From positions 1 through 38,464 of the forward strand of contig JAODNF010000311.1 in the NCBI GenBank assembly GCA_025464915.1: a stretch of 38,464 bases of DNA, given 5' to 3'. This DNA comes from Frankiales bacterium (GTDB taxonomy: Bacteria > Actinomycetota > Actinomycetes > Mycobacteriales > SCTD01). A program made the translations under genes and the position numbers. The notes below the pieces were generated by a model. The model was not told the origin of the DNA. It worked only from the letters and a program-made list of their open reading frames with translations, and did not search any database. Below are positions 11,306 through 20,394 of this stretch, piece after piece. Numbering within the stretch: the stretch's first letter is position 1; every line of letters begins with the position of its first letter.

Positions 11306-11404
11306 GAGGTCACGTGAAGGGCGTCCAGCACCAGCTCGCCCGGCCCACACCGACCAGCAGCGCGTCCCCCAAGGGGATCGTCCCGACGCCGTAGCGTCAG
11401 CGGC

Positions 11405-12100
11405 ATGGCCCGTGTGCTGCTCCCGCTGCCCGACAGCGACTTCGACGTCACCGAGGTCGCGGTCCCCTGGAAGCTGCTGACCGAGGCGGGTCACGACGTC
11501 GTCTTCGCGACCGAGCAGGGCACCGTCCCTGCAGCGGACCGGCTGCTCCTGACCGGGGTCCTGTTCGGCCGGCTGGGCGCAGAGCCCGAGCCGAAGCAGT
11601 TCTACGCCGAGATGCTGCCCGCGATGACGCCCATCACCTGGGAGGCGATCGACACGTCGTACGACGCACTGCTCCTGCCCGGCGGGCATGCGCCGGGCAT
11701 GCGCCAGTACCTCGGCAGCGAGCTGCTGCGGCAGCGCATCCGGGACTTCTGGGACACCGGGCGGCCGGTCGCGGCGATCTGCCACGGCGTGCTGCCGCTG
11801 GCCCGCGCGGGCGTCCTGAAGGGCGTCCACACGACGTGCCTGCCGAAGTACATGGAGAGATCCGCCTACCTGTCGACGGCCTGGCTGCGCGGCCGCTACT
11901 ACCGGACCTACCCGGCGTACGTCGAGGACGAGGTACGGGCGTCCGGAGCCGTGTTCGAGCGCGGACCGCGAGTCCTGAACCGGCGCGGGACGCGGACCGA
12001 GCACTCAGCGGCCTTCACCGTGCGCGACGGGCGCTACCTCTCGGCCCGCTGGCCCGGCGACGCCTACCTGTTCGCGCAGCAGCTCCTGGAGATGGTCTAG
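11405..12100 (+). CDS. DJ-1/PfpI-family (class I glutamine amidotransferase-like) protein
   Basis: DFDVTEVAVPW, LLLPGGH, nucleophile elbow AAICHG. TAGCGT lies 7 nt before ATG (leaderless-type -10). Confidence 0.85.
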   Translation: MARVLLPLPDSDFDVTEVAVPWKLLTEAGHDVVFATEQGTVPAADRLLLTGVLFGRLGAEPEPKQFYAEMLPAMTPITWEAIDTSYDALLLPGGHAPGMRQYLGSELLRQRIRDFWDTGRPVAAICHGVLPLARAGVLKGVHTTCLPKYMERSAYLSTAWLRGRYYRTYPAYVEDEVRASGAVFERGPRVLNRRGTRTEHSAAFTVRDGRYLSARWPGDAYLFAQQLLEMV

Positions 12101-13506
12101 AGCTCCAGGCCCGTCAGCACCATGACGCGCTCCTCGGTGAAGTCGGCCATCGCCGACCGCAGCCCCTCGCGACCGCGGCCGCTGTCCTTGACGCCGCCGT
12201 AGGGCATCTGATCAGCGCGGTAGCTCGGCACGTCGCCGATCACGACGCCGCCGACCTCGAGCGCGGCGAACGCCTTCCAGGCCACCTGCAGGTCCGTGGT
12301 GAAGACGCCTGCCTGCAGGCCGAACCGACTGTCGTTGACCTTGTCGAACGCCTCGTCGAGGTCGTCGCAGGCGTCGAGCACGAGCACGGGCCCGAAGACC
12401 TCCTCGGCCAGCACCTTGGAGCCGGCGGGCGCGCCCTCGAGCAGCGTCGCCTCTACCGTTGTCCCCGTCCTGGATCCGCCCGTGACGAGAGTGGCTCCCC
12501 CGGCGACCGCCTCCTGGACCCAGTCGACGACGCGGATGGCAGCCCTCTCGTCGATGAGCGGCCCGATGTCGTCGGCCACGCTGAGGCCTTCGAGAGCGGC
12601 TACCAGCTTGGTCCGGAAAGCGTCGAGCACCTGCCGGGCGACGTAGACGCGCTGCACGCCGACGCAGCTCTGGCCGCCCTGGTAGGTGCCGAAGACCGCG
12701 ACCCGCTGCGCCGCCCAGTCGAGGTCGGCGTAGTCGGCGGCGACCACCACGGCCGCGTTGCCACCTAGCTCGAGGACGACCTGCTTGCGGGGCACGGCGT
12801 CGCGGATGCCCCAGCCGACGGGCACCGAGCCCGTGAACGACACCACGGGGAGCCGTGGGTCCTGCACGAGCCGGGCGGTCGCGTCGTTGTCGAGCGGCAG
12901 CACCGACCAGGCGCCCTCGGGCAGGTCGGTCTCGGCCAGCAGCTCCGCGAGCAGCAGCGACGACAGCGGTGTAGCCGGGGCGGGCTTCAGGATGATGGGG
13001 GCACCGACGGCAATCGCCGGCGCGACCTTGTGGGCCACTAGGTTGAGCGGGAAGTTGAACGGCGCGATGCCGAGCACCGGGCCGTAGGGCACCCGCCTGG
13101 TGACCGCGAGGCGGCCGTTGGCTGCGGGGTCGGTGTCGAGGCGCTGCAGCTCGCCGGAGAACCGGCGGGCCTCCTCAGCGGCCCAGCGGAACGTCGAGAC
13201 AGCGCGGCTGGTCTCGCCCTGCGCCCACTTCAGGGGCTTGCCGTTCTCGCGGACGATCGTCTCGGCGAACTCATCGGCGCGGGCGCGGATTCCGGCGCTG
13301 ACATGGTCCAGCGCGGCCGCGCGGACGTGCGCCGGGGTCGAGCGCAGCTCGCGGGCGACCGCGTCCGCAGCAGCCACGGCGCGCTCGACGTCGGCGTCGC
13401 TCGGCACCACGACCGAGCCGACCACCGAGCCGTCGGCCGGGCTCGTCACGTCCCGGGTGGCGCCGTCGCTGACGGGCTTGCCGGCCACCCACGCTGGTGT
13501 CGTCAT
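12097..13506 (-). CDS. Aldehyde dehydrogenase
   Basis: PFNFPLN, LKPA, FTGS, LELGGN, catalytic GQSC, EEVFGPV, FGLQAGVFT, PYGGVKDSG motifs. Confidence 0.95.
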   Translation of the reverse strand: MTTPAWVAGKPVSDGATRDVTSPADGSVVGSVVVPSDADVERAVAAADAVARELRSTPAHVRAAALDHVSAGIRARADEFAETIVRENGKPLKWAQGETSRAVSTFRWAAEEARRFSGELQRLDTDPAANGRLAVTRRVPYGPVLGIAPFNFPLNLVAHKVAPAIAVGAPIILKPAPATPLSSLLLAELLAETDLPEGAWSVLPLDNDATARLVQDPRLPVVSFTGSVPVGWGIRDAVPRKQVVLELGGNAAVVVAADYADLDWAAQRVAVFGTYQGGQSCVGVQRVYVARQVLDAFRTKLVAALEGLSVADDIGPLIDERAAIRVVDWVQEAVAGGATLVTGGSRTGTTVEATLLEGAPAGSKVLAEEVFGPVLVLDACDDLDEAFDKVNDSRFGLQAGVFTTDLQVAWKAFAALEVGGVVIGDVPSYRADQMPYGGVKDSGRGREGLRSAMADFTEERVMVLTGLEL

Positions 13507-13520
13507 GCCCTCATCCTGCC

Positions 13521-13553
13521 GCGGCCCTGCCGAGCCGAACCGGCAGGGGTCGC
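13521..13553. terminator. GC-rich hairpin, possible terminator between MarR and ALDH
   Basis: CCCTGCCG (13525-13532) / CGGCAGGG (13541-13548) perfect 8-bp stem that can be extended; no U-tract. Confidence 0.35.
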
Positions 13554-13641
13554 GTCAGACGGGTGTGGGACGACGAGGCGATGCGAGGCTCCAGGCGCCC
13601 GTGGGCCGCTTCGTGCAGGACACCAGCGACGGACAGCCCGA

Positions 13642-14067
13642 CTACTGAGCGAAGTGGCCGGCGACGAGCTTGGCCATCAGCTTCTCGAGCTGCTTCTGCT
13701 CGGGCTTGGTCAGCACCGCGTAGAAGTCCTTGTCCACCTCGCGGGCGAGCTCGTTGAAGCGGTCGAGGGTCAGCTCGCCCTTCACGGTGAGCGTCAGGTC
13801 GTACCGGCGCCTGTCCCCCTCCGCCCGGACGCGGGTGACCAGGCCGTACTCCTCGAGCTGGTCGACGACCTTGACCATGTCCGACGGGTGCACGCCGAGA
13901 CGCTCGGACACCTCGCGCTGCGAGATCGGCCCGTGGTGCGCGACCACCTTGAGGGTGCCGATCGAGGGCGGCCGCAGTCCCCAGTCGGTGAACGCGTCCT
14001 GCTCGCGCAGGTGCGCCTGCATGGCGCTGCGATAGGCCAGCGCCAGGCGGCCGAGTGGGATGTCCAC
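13642..14067 (-). CDS. MarR-family transcriptional regulator
   Basis: GPISQREVSERLGVHPSDMVKVVDQLEEYGLVTR...DRRRYDLTLTVKG winged helix. TACCCT lies 7 nt before GTG. Confidence 0.92.
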   Translation of the reverse strand: MDIPLGRLALAYRSAMQAHLREQDAFTDWGLRPPSIGTLKVVAHHGPISQREVSERLGVHPSDMVKVVDQLEEYGLVTRVRAEGDRRRYDLTLTVKGELTLDRFNELAREVDKDFYAVLTKPEQKQLEKLMAKLVAGHFAQ

Positions 14068-14095
14068 GTTGCCGAGGGTAGTGCGAGTCCCCTAT

Positions 14096-14112
14096 CGTTG
14101 GAAAGACCAACG
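14096..14112. promoter_or_regulatory. Inverted repeat, probable MarR operator
   Basis: CGTTGG-AAAGA-CCAACG in the 58-bp gap between the divergent MarR and ABC genes. Confidence 0.6.
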
Positions 14113-14125
14113 GTTGGGAGAGCGC

Positions 14126-15076
14126 ATGAGTGCGGTCGAGGTACGCGGCCTCAAGAAGTCGTACGGCGAGATCGAGGCCGTCAAGGGCGTCGACTTCGAC
14201 GTGCAGCCGGGTGAGACCTTCGGCTTCCTCGGCCCGAACGGTGCCGGGAAGTCCACCACCATCAAGATCCTCTGCACCTTGGCGAAGGCCTCCGGCGGCT
14301 CGGCCTCCGTCGCCGGCTTCGACGTCACCAGCCAGCGGGACCAGGTGCGCCGGCACATCGGCCTGGTCTTCCAGGACACGACGCTGGACAACTACCTGAC
14401 GGCCGAGCTCAACCTGCGCTTCCACGCCGAGCTCTACGGCATGCCGCGCGAGAGCGTCGCCCCGCGGTTGGAGCAGGTGCTGAAGATGGTCGGGCTGTGG
14501 GACCGCAAGGACTCGAAGGTCATCACGTTCTCCGGAGGCATGAAGCGCCGGCTCGAGATCGCCCGCGGCCTGATGCACTCACCCCGGGTGCTGTTCCTCG
14601 ACGAGCCGACAGTAGGTCTCGACCCGCAGACCCGCGCCTCCATCTGGCAGTACATCCACGAGCTGCGGCAGCAGGAGGAGATCACCATCTTCCTGACCAC
14701 GCACTACATGGACGAGGCCGAGCAGTGCGACCGGATCGCGATCATGGACCACGGGCTGCTGGTCGCCCTCGACACCCCAGCCGCCCTCAAGGCCAGCGTC
14801 GGCACCGACCGCGTCACCATCAGGACCTCCGATGACGAGGAGGCGCTCAAGCGCCTGCCGGACGCGATCCAGACCGGTGACGGGATCGTCCTCAACGTCG
14901 AGGACGGCGAGGGCTACGTCCCGAAGCTCTTCGCCGAGCTCGGCGTCCCGATCACGAACGTCAGCATCAGCAAGCCGTCGCTCGACGACGTCTTCCTCTC
15001 CTACACCGGACGCACGATCCGCGACTCGGAGGTCAACCCCGGCATGCCTGCCTTCTTCGCTGCGATGCGCCGATGA
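14126..15076 (+). CDS. DrrA-like ABC exporter ATP-binding protein
   Basis: GPNGAGKST, FSGGMKRRLEIARGL, LFLDEPTVGLDP, TTHYMDEAE, C-terminal SLDDVFL. ATG 14126 follows GGGAG. Confidence 0.93.
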   Translation: MSAVEVRGLKKSYGEIEAVKGVDFDVQPGETFGFLGPNGAGKSTTIKILCTLAKASGGSASVAGFDVTSQRDQVRRHIGLVFQDTTLDNYLTAELNLRFHAELYGMPRESVAPRLEQVLKMVGLWDRKDSKVITFSGGMKRRLEIARGLMHSPRVLFLDEPTVGLDPQTRASIWQYIHELRQQEEITIFLTTHYMDEAEQCDRIAIMDHGLLVALDTPAALKASVGTDRVTIRTSDDEEALKRLPDAIQTGDGIVLNVEDGEGYVPKLFAELGVPITNVSISKPSLDDVFLSYTGRTIRDSEVNPGMPAFFAAMRR

Positions 15077-15930
15077 CCACGCTCCCCGTCGCCTCGGTCG
15101 TCGTGCCGAAGCGCACCTTCGCCCTCGACGCGCGCGCCATCAAGATCGTGGTGCAGCGCGACCTCATCCGGACCTTCCAGGACCGGACGCGGTTCATCAG
15201 CCAGCTCATCCAGCCGGTGCTGTTCCTGTTCGTCCTCGGGTCGGGCCTGTCCAGCCTGACCGGCAGCGCGACCGGCCCGATCGACCTGCGGACCTTCATG
15301 TTCCCGGGCGTGCTCGCGACGTCGACGCTGTTCACCGCGATGTTCAGCGCCATGTCGATCGTGTGGGACCGCGAGTTCGGGTTCCTGCGCGAGATGCTGG
15401 TCGCCCCCGTTCGGCGCAGCTCGATCATCCTGGGCAAGGCCCTCGGCGGCGCGACGATCGCCACGGCGCAGGCGGTCATCGTCATGGTCCTCGGGGCCTT
15501 CGTGCACGTCCCCTACACGTTCGGCCTGGTGCTCACCCTGCTCGCCGAGGTGTTCCTGCTGTCGTTCACCCTGACCGCCTTCGGCCTCGCCATCGTCGCG
15601 CGGATCACCCAGGTGCAGACGGTCATGGGTCTCATGCAGATGCTCCTGCTGCCCCTGTCGTTCCTGTCCGGTGCGCTCTACCCGCTGTCGAACCTGCCGA
15701 CCTGGCTGTCGATCGTGGTGCGCTTCAACCCGCTCACCTACGCCGTGCACCCGGTGCGGACGGCGGTCTTCGCGCACCTGACCCTGCCGGACACCGTGCG
15801 GCAGCGGCTGAACCCGCCGCTGACCTGGTTCGGCTGGGACGTGCCGACGTGGATGCAGCTCGGGCTGGTCGCCGTGATGGGCATCGGCCTGATGCTCGTC
15901 GCCATCCGCCAGTTCCAGAGGGTCGAGTAG
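15073..15930 (+). CDS. DrrB-like ABC-2 exporter permease
   Basis: FMFPGV, DREFGFLREMLVAP, FLSGALYP, NPLTYAV motifs; ATGA coupling to the ATPase. Confidence 0.92.
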   Translation: MTTLPVASVVVPKRTFALDARAIKIVVQRDLIRTFQDRTRFISQLIQPVLFLFVLGSGLSSLTGSATGPIDLRTFMFPGVLATSTLFTAMFSAMSIVWDREFGFLREMLVAPVRRSSIILGKALGGATIATAQAVIVMVLGAFVHVPYTFGLVLTLLAEVFLLSFTLTAFGLAIVARITQVQTVMGLMQMLLLPLSFLSGALYPLSNLPTWLSIVVRFNPLTYAVHPVRTAVFAHLTLPDTVRQRLNPPLTWFGWDVPTWMQLGLVAVMGIGLMLVAIRQFQRVE

Positions 15931-15982
15931 CTCAGCCACCCTGGCACAGGACCGGCCGGCGGAGCCCCTTAGCCTCGTGACC

Positions 15983-16546
15983 ATGAGGATCTACCCCCTG
16001 GTCGCTCTGGCCGACACGCTCCTCGCCGCGTCCGGCCGTCATCGCGAGCGGTGCGTCACGAAGCCGCTGCTGATGCCGGCGCTGCTCGCCGGGAAGCCGC
16101 GACCCATCCAGCGCGCGCTCGCTCTGGGCGGTGCGGGCGACGTCGCGCTCCTGGGTACGTCGGACCTCGCGTTCACCGCAGGCCTGGGGTCCTTCCTCGC
16201 CGGGCACGTCGCGTGGATGGCCGCGCTGCGGCCACGGTCGCGCGGTGCCGTGACCCCGGCCCGCGCGGCCCCGTACCTGGCTGCATGGGTGGGCCTGAAC
16301 GCCTTCCTGTGGAAGCGCACCGGCAAGGACCGCGTCCCCGTACTGGCCTACTCGGCCGCGCTGATGGGCACCGCTCTGGCCGGTCTCGACACCGGCGACC
16401 CGGCCGTCGCCGCCGGCGGGCTGCTGTTCGTCGCCAGCGACACCATGCTCTCTCTCGAGAGGTTCGCCGGCGTCCACCTCCCCCTGCACGAGGGCCTCGT
16501 CATGGCTAGCTACACCGCAGCCCAGGCGCTCCTCGCGTCCGACTGA
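15983..16546 (+). CDS. YhhN / lysoplasmalogenase-family membrane protein
   Basis: TKPLLMP, GDVALL, GLGSFLAGH, GGLLFVASD, MASYTAAQ motifs. TAGCCT 7 nt before ATG 15983 supports that start. Confidence 0.85.
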   Translation: MRIYPLVALADTLLAASGRHRERCVTKPLLMPALLAGKPRPIQRALALGGAGDVALLGTSDLAFTAGLGSFLAGHVAWMAALRPRSRGAVTPARAAPYLAAWVGLNAFLWKRTGKDRVPVLAYSAALMGTALAGLDTGDPAVAAGGLLFVASDTMLSLERFAGVHLPLHEGLVMASYTAAQALLASD

Positions 16547-16594
16547 CCTCGTCGCCGCAGCTCCTGACGACCGACGGCCACACATGAGGCGGAC

Positions 16595-18007
16595 TCACGT
16601 GTGGGAGCCGCTGAGGTGGTCGGCGGCGAGCTGCGTGAGGGTGCCCTTGGCGAGCTTGCCGCCGGACGATCGGGGCAGCTCGTCCAGGACGAGCAGGTGC
16701 TCGGGCCAGGACTCCTTGCCGAGGCCGCGCTCCTCCAGGTGCGTCGTGAGCTCCTCGAGAGTCAGGGTCGCCCCCGGAAGAAGTGTGACCACCGCACACA
16801 CCTTCTCGCCGAACACCTCGTCCGGCACCGGCACGATGCCCACTGCGTCGACGGCCGGGTGGCTGTCGACGTGGTTCTCGACGACGACGGCGCTGATGTT
16901 CTTGCCGCCCCGGATGATGATGTCCGAGGTCCGGCCGACGACGGAGACGTAGCCGTCGTCGTCGACCGAGACCAGGTCGCCCATGAGCATGAAGCCGTCA
17001 GGGGCGTAGAGCTGCGCGTTGGCCGCGTCGTCGTCCCAGTAGCCGTTGCACGTCAGCGGACCCAGTCCCCCAGGGATGCCGGTCCCCTCGACCTCCTCGC
17101 CCTCCGGCGAGTAGAGCCGCATCTGCATCGAGGGGACGACCCGGCCTACCGTCGTGAGGCGCTTGTCGCGCGGGTCGTCGTGCCGGGTCGCCGTCAGCGC
17201 GCCGGTCTCGTTCGACCCGAAGAAGCTGAGCACGACCGCACCGGTGCGGTCCTCGAACTCGCGGGCGCGGTCCGGCGGGATCATCTCGCCACCGGTGAAC
17301 ATCACCTTCAGCGACGACAGGTCGTGCTCGCCCGACGCCGGGTGGTTGAGCAGCATCCGGAACTGCGTCGAGACGCACATCAGGACGGTGACCTGCTCCT
17401 GCTCGATGAGCCGCGCCATCGTCGGCACGTCGAACCGAGGGAGCACGACGCACGGACGACCCGAGACGATGGGCGCCACGTGGGCAGTCCAGAGCCCGAA
17501 GCCGAACGGCGCGGGGATGACCGACATGAAGGTCTCGTCCAGGCCGAGGTCACCGAACTCGACCGCGTGCTCGAAGAAGCGCATCCAGCGGGCCTGCGTC
17601 TGGGTGACCACCTTCGGCATGCCGGTCGTGCCGGACGTCGAGTTCAGCAGCCACAGGTCCTCGACCCCGAGGGCCCGAGCGGGGTCCAGCTGACCGGAGC
17701 CCGAGCCGAGGGTCAGCAGCCGGCGCGCCCCCGTCCTCGCGAGCAGGTGGTCCCGCTCGGCGTCCGAGGCACGGGAGCCGATGCCGACCCCGACGACGCC
17801 CGCCCGCTCCGTACCGAGGAAGGCCGCGTGCACCGCCTCGTCGTCCTGGAGCTGGATCCCCACCCGGTCGCCCGGGTCGAGATCCCTGAGCCCCCAGGCG
17901 ATGTCGTCCGCCATCGCCGAGAGGTCGGACCAGGTCGTCCGACCGGACGGAGTGACGTAGGCCGTGCCCGAGTTGCGACGGACCAGGTCAGACAGCGACG
18001 CCGGCAC
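16595..18007 (-). CDS. AMP-dependent acyl-CoA synthetase / ligase
   Basis: STSGTTGMPK, FGSNE, GDL, GRTSDIIIRGGKNI, LPRSSGGK adenylation motifs. Confidence 0.92.
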   Translation of the reverse strand: MPASLSDLVRRNSGTAYVTPSGRTTWSDLSAMADDIAWGLRDLDPGDRVGIQLQDDEAVHAAFLGTERAGVVGVGIGSRASDAERDHLLARTGARRLLTLGSGSGQLDPARALGVEDLWLLNSTSGTTGMPKVVTQTQARWMRFFEHAVEFGDLGLDETFMSVIPAPFGFGLWTAHVAPIVSGRPCVVLPRFDVPTMARLIEQEQVTVLMCVSTQFRMLLNHPASGEHDLSSLKVMFTGGEMIPPDRAREFEDRTGAVVLSFFGSNETGALTATRHDDPRDKRLTTVGRVVPSMQMRLYSPEGEEVEGTGIPGGLGPLTCNGYWDDDAANAQLYAPDGFMLMGDLVSVDDDGYVSVVGRTSDIIIRGGKNISAVVVENHVDSHPAVDAVGIVPVPDEVFGEKVCAVVTLLPGATLTLEELTTHLEERGLGKESWPEHLLVLDELPRSSGGKLAKGTLTQLAADHLSGSHT

Positions 18008-19262
18008 TGAAGCTCTCGGGGTCGTCGATCACCGACTGCGGGACCGGGTGCCGGTAGAGCTTCGCCGCGTTGCCGTAGGTGAGCTTGTCCTGCGTCACGC
18101 GGGGGAGGTCCTTCAGGCACGTCGACAGGACTGACTGCGTCTTCGGCCAGAGCGAGTCGCAGTGCGGGTAGTCCTCCTCCATGAGGACGTTGTCCTCACC
18201 GATCACGTCGAGCAGCCGGAACGCCGACGGGTCCTCGAGCGCGCAGTACCAGAAGTTGCGGCGCAGCACGTCGGCCGGCGAGACATCCTTGATATGGTCC
18301 CAGGTGCCGTACATCGACGAGTACGACGACATGTGGTCCAGCCGGTCCATCAGCGCGGGCACCCAGCCGATGCCGCCCTCGGACAGCGCGATCTTGATGT
18401 CCGGGAAGCGGACCGGGATGAGCGAGTAGAGCCAGTCGACCGCCGCGTACATCGCGTAGGCGAAGAACAGCACACCGACGACGTCCGGCGGCGCGTCGTC
18501 CGACGTGGACGGCGAGGAGCTCGAGGAGCCGATGTGAAGGTTGAGCACCGTCCCCGTCTCGGCGCAGGCGCGCATGATCGGGTCCCAGTGGCCGGTGTGG
18601 AGCGACGGCAGCCCGAGCTTGTGCGGCGCCTCCGTGAAGGTCATCGCCGAGAAGCCGCGCTCGGCGTTGCGGTAGACCTCCTGCGCCCCGATCTCCGGGT
18701 CGAGCATGTAGGGGATCTGGCACGGGATGATGCGGTCCGGGTAGGAGCCGTACCACTCCTCGAAGTGCCAGTCGTTCCAGGCCCGCACCGACGCGAGCGC
18801 GAGCTCGGGGTCCTTGGTCGAGAGCTGGAGCCGCTGACCGCCGAAGCCCGGCAGGAACGACGGGAACGACATCGAGGCGTAGACGCCCGACAGGTCCATG
18901 TCGCGGACGCGGTGGTGGATGTCCCACGACCCGCGACGCATGTCCTCGAAGCGGCTGGGGTCGAACCCCCACTCGTCGACCGGACGGCCGACGACGGCGT
19001 TGAAGCCGACGTTGGGGAAGACCTGCCCGTCGTACATCCAGACGTGCGCGCCGTCCTTCTCGATGACCCGGGGCTGCTGCTCGGCGAACTTCGCCGGCAT
19101 CCGCCCCTCGAAGGTGTGCGGCGGCTCGACGATGTGGTCGTCGACGCTGATGAACAGGTGGTCGCGCCTGGCCCGCGGCGGGTCGGGCAGCAGCGTGACC
19201 TTGCCCTTCACGGCCGTGGTGAAGCCGCTGCCGTTGTTGATGAGGTCGTCAAGGTCAGCCAT
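17988..19262 (-). CDS. Amidohydrolase_2-family metal-dependent hydrolase/hydratase
   Basis: ISVDDHIVEPP, RAWNDW, NLHIGS, LSEGGIGW, EEDYPHCDS motifs. ATG 19262 follows GGAGG, coupled to the upstream gene (TGATG). Confidence 0.9.
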   Translation of the reverse strand: MADLDDLINNGSGFTTAVKGKVTLLPDPPRARRDHLFISVDDHIVEPPHTFEGRMPAKFAEQQPRVIEKDGAHVWMYDGQVFPNVGFNAVVGRPVDEWGFDPSRFEDMRRGSWDIHHRVRDMDLSGVYASMSFPSFLPGFGGQRLQLSTKDPELALASVRAWNDWHFEEWYGSYPDRIIPCQIPYMLDPEIGAQEVYRNAERGFSAMTFTEAPHKLGLPSLHTGHWDPIMRACAETGTVLNLHIGSSSSSPSTSDDAPPDVVGVLFFAYAMYAAVDWLYSLIPVRFPDIKIALSEGGIGWVPALMDRLDHMSSYSSMYGTWDHIKDVSPADVLRRNFWYCALEDPSAFRLLDVIGEDNVLMEEDYPHCDSLWPKTQSVLSTCLKDLPRVTQDKLTYGNAAKLYRHPVPQSVIDDPESFSAGVAV

Positions 19263-20035
19263 CAGGAAAGGACCTCCGGGTCGTTGCGAAGCAGGGATCG
19301 CACGGCACCGTTCCAGTAGACCTCGGTACCGCGCTCGAGCAGGGACTTCTTCATGCCGACCTTGATCCCGCGCGTGATGGGCAGGGGCGAGCGGTCGATC
19401 GCGAGCAGGTCGTAGGCCAGCCGGCACACGCGGTCGATGGATGCGGCCTTGTAGGTCGCCTCCTCGATCGTCGGTGCCGTGACGATGACGCCGTGCGAGG
19501 CCAGGATCGTCGTGCTGTAGTCGCCGATCTGCTCCGCCAGCCGAACGGCCAGCTCGGCGGTGTCGACCTCGCCGGAGTACTCCTCGACGAGGTGCAGGTC
19601 GCCGTCGAACATCGACCCGGTCTGGTGCACCAGCTCGGGCAGGATGCCGGCGCCCGCGAGGACGCTCACGTGGTAGGGGTGGTTGTGCACGACGACCCGG
19701 GCGTCAGGGCGGCGGCGGTGCAGCTCGGTGTGGATGTGGATCGCGGGTGTGACGTCCCACTTGCCCTCCAGCACCTTGCCGTCGGCGTCGACGCGGCACA
19801 GGTCGGAGGCCTTCACCTCGTCCCACCACAGGCCCCAGGGGTTGACCCACATGCTCCCGGTGTCGGCGGCCACGGTGATGTGTCCGGCGATGTTCTCGCT
19901 GAACCCGCTGCGGGCCAGGATGCGGAACGAGCAGGCCAGCTGCTGCTGCATCGTCAGCTCGACGCCGATGCCCGGCGTGATCGACGGCGACCAGACCTCG
20001 CGGCCTCCGGCCCGGACCTCCTCGACGGCTGTCAT
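19262..20035 (-). CDS. Class II aldolase/adducin-family protein
   Basis: ENIAGHIT, IHIHTELH, VVHNH, LASHGV metal-binding histidines. Confidence 0.9.
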   Translation of the reverse strand: MTAVEEVRAGGREVWSPSITPGIGVELTMQQQLACSFRILARSGFSENIAGHITVAADTGSMWVNPWGLWWDEVKASDLCRVDADGKVLEGKWDVTPAIHIHTELHRRRPDARVVVHNHPYHVSVLAGAGILPELVHQTGSMFDGDLHLVEEYSGEVDTAELAVRLAEQIGDYSTTILASHGVIVTAPTIEEATYKAASIDRVCRLAYDLLAIDRSPLPITRGIKVGMKKSLLERGTEVYWNGAVRSLLRNDPEVLS

Positions 20036-20394
20036 GACCTCTCCACAAGCTGCTGGAGCAGGCCCTCGATGCGCTCGTTGGACGCACGCGTCTGGGACAT
20101 CTCGGCGTGCAGCCGGGTGAGCCAGAACGCGAAGTAGCTGAAGCCGCCGGCGATCACCAGGCAGCCGCCGAGGATGCCTCCGCTGATCAGGTAGGGGATC
20201 TGCTCGAAGACGTAGATCGTGTGCGAGGCGCCCATGTAGCCGAGGAACACCATGCAGAGCCCCAGCGAGATCGCTGCGCCTCCGAACACGAACAGCAGCT
20301 TCGACCGGTCCGTCGAGGTCTTGCCGCGCAGTCTGGTCGCGCGTTCCGACAGGTGCGCGTACCTGCCTGCCATCTCCGCTGAGAGCTCAGTCAT
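20032..20394 (-). CDS. Hypothetical two-TM membrane protein with C-terminal coiled coil
   Basis: Two hydrophobic helices around GYMGASHT...EQIPYLISGG.LG; ATGA overlap with the aldolase and 8-nt overlap with the upstream gene. Confidence 0.8.
   Translation of the reverse strand: MTELSAEMAGRYAHLSERATRLRGKTSTDRSKLLFVFGGAAISLGLCMVFLGYMGASHTIYVFEQIPYLISGGILGGCLVIAGGFSYFAFWLTRLHAEMSQTRASNERIEGLLQQLVERS

Noticed and set aside
13554-13641. Intergenic stretch examined for a small RNA or REP element
   Set aside because: No second copy noticed in the window and no recognisable RNA motif beyond one neighbouring hairpin.
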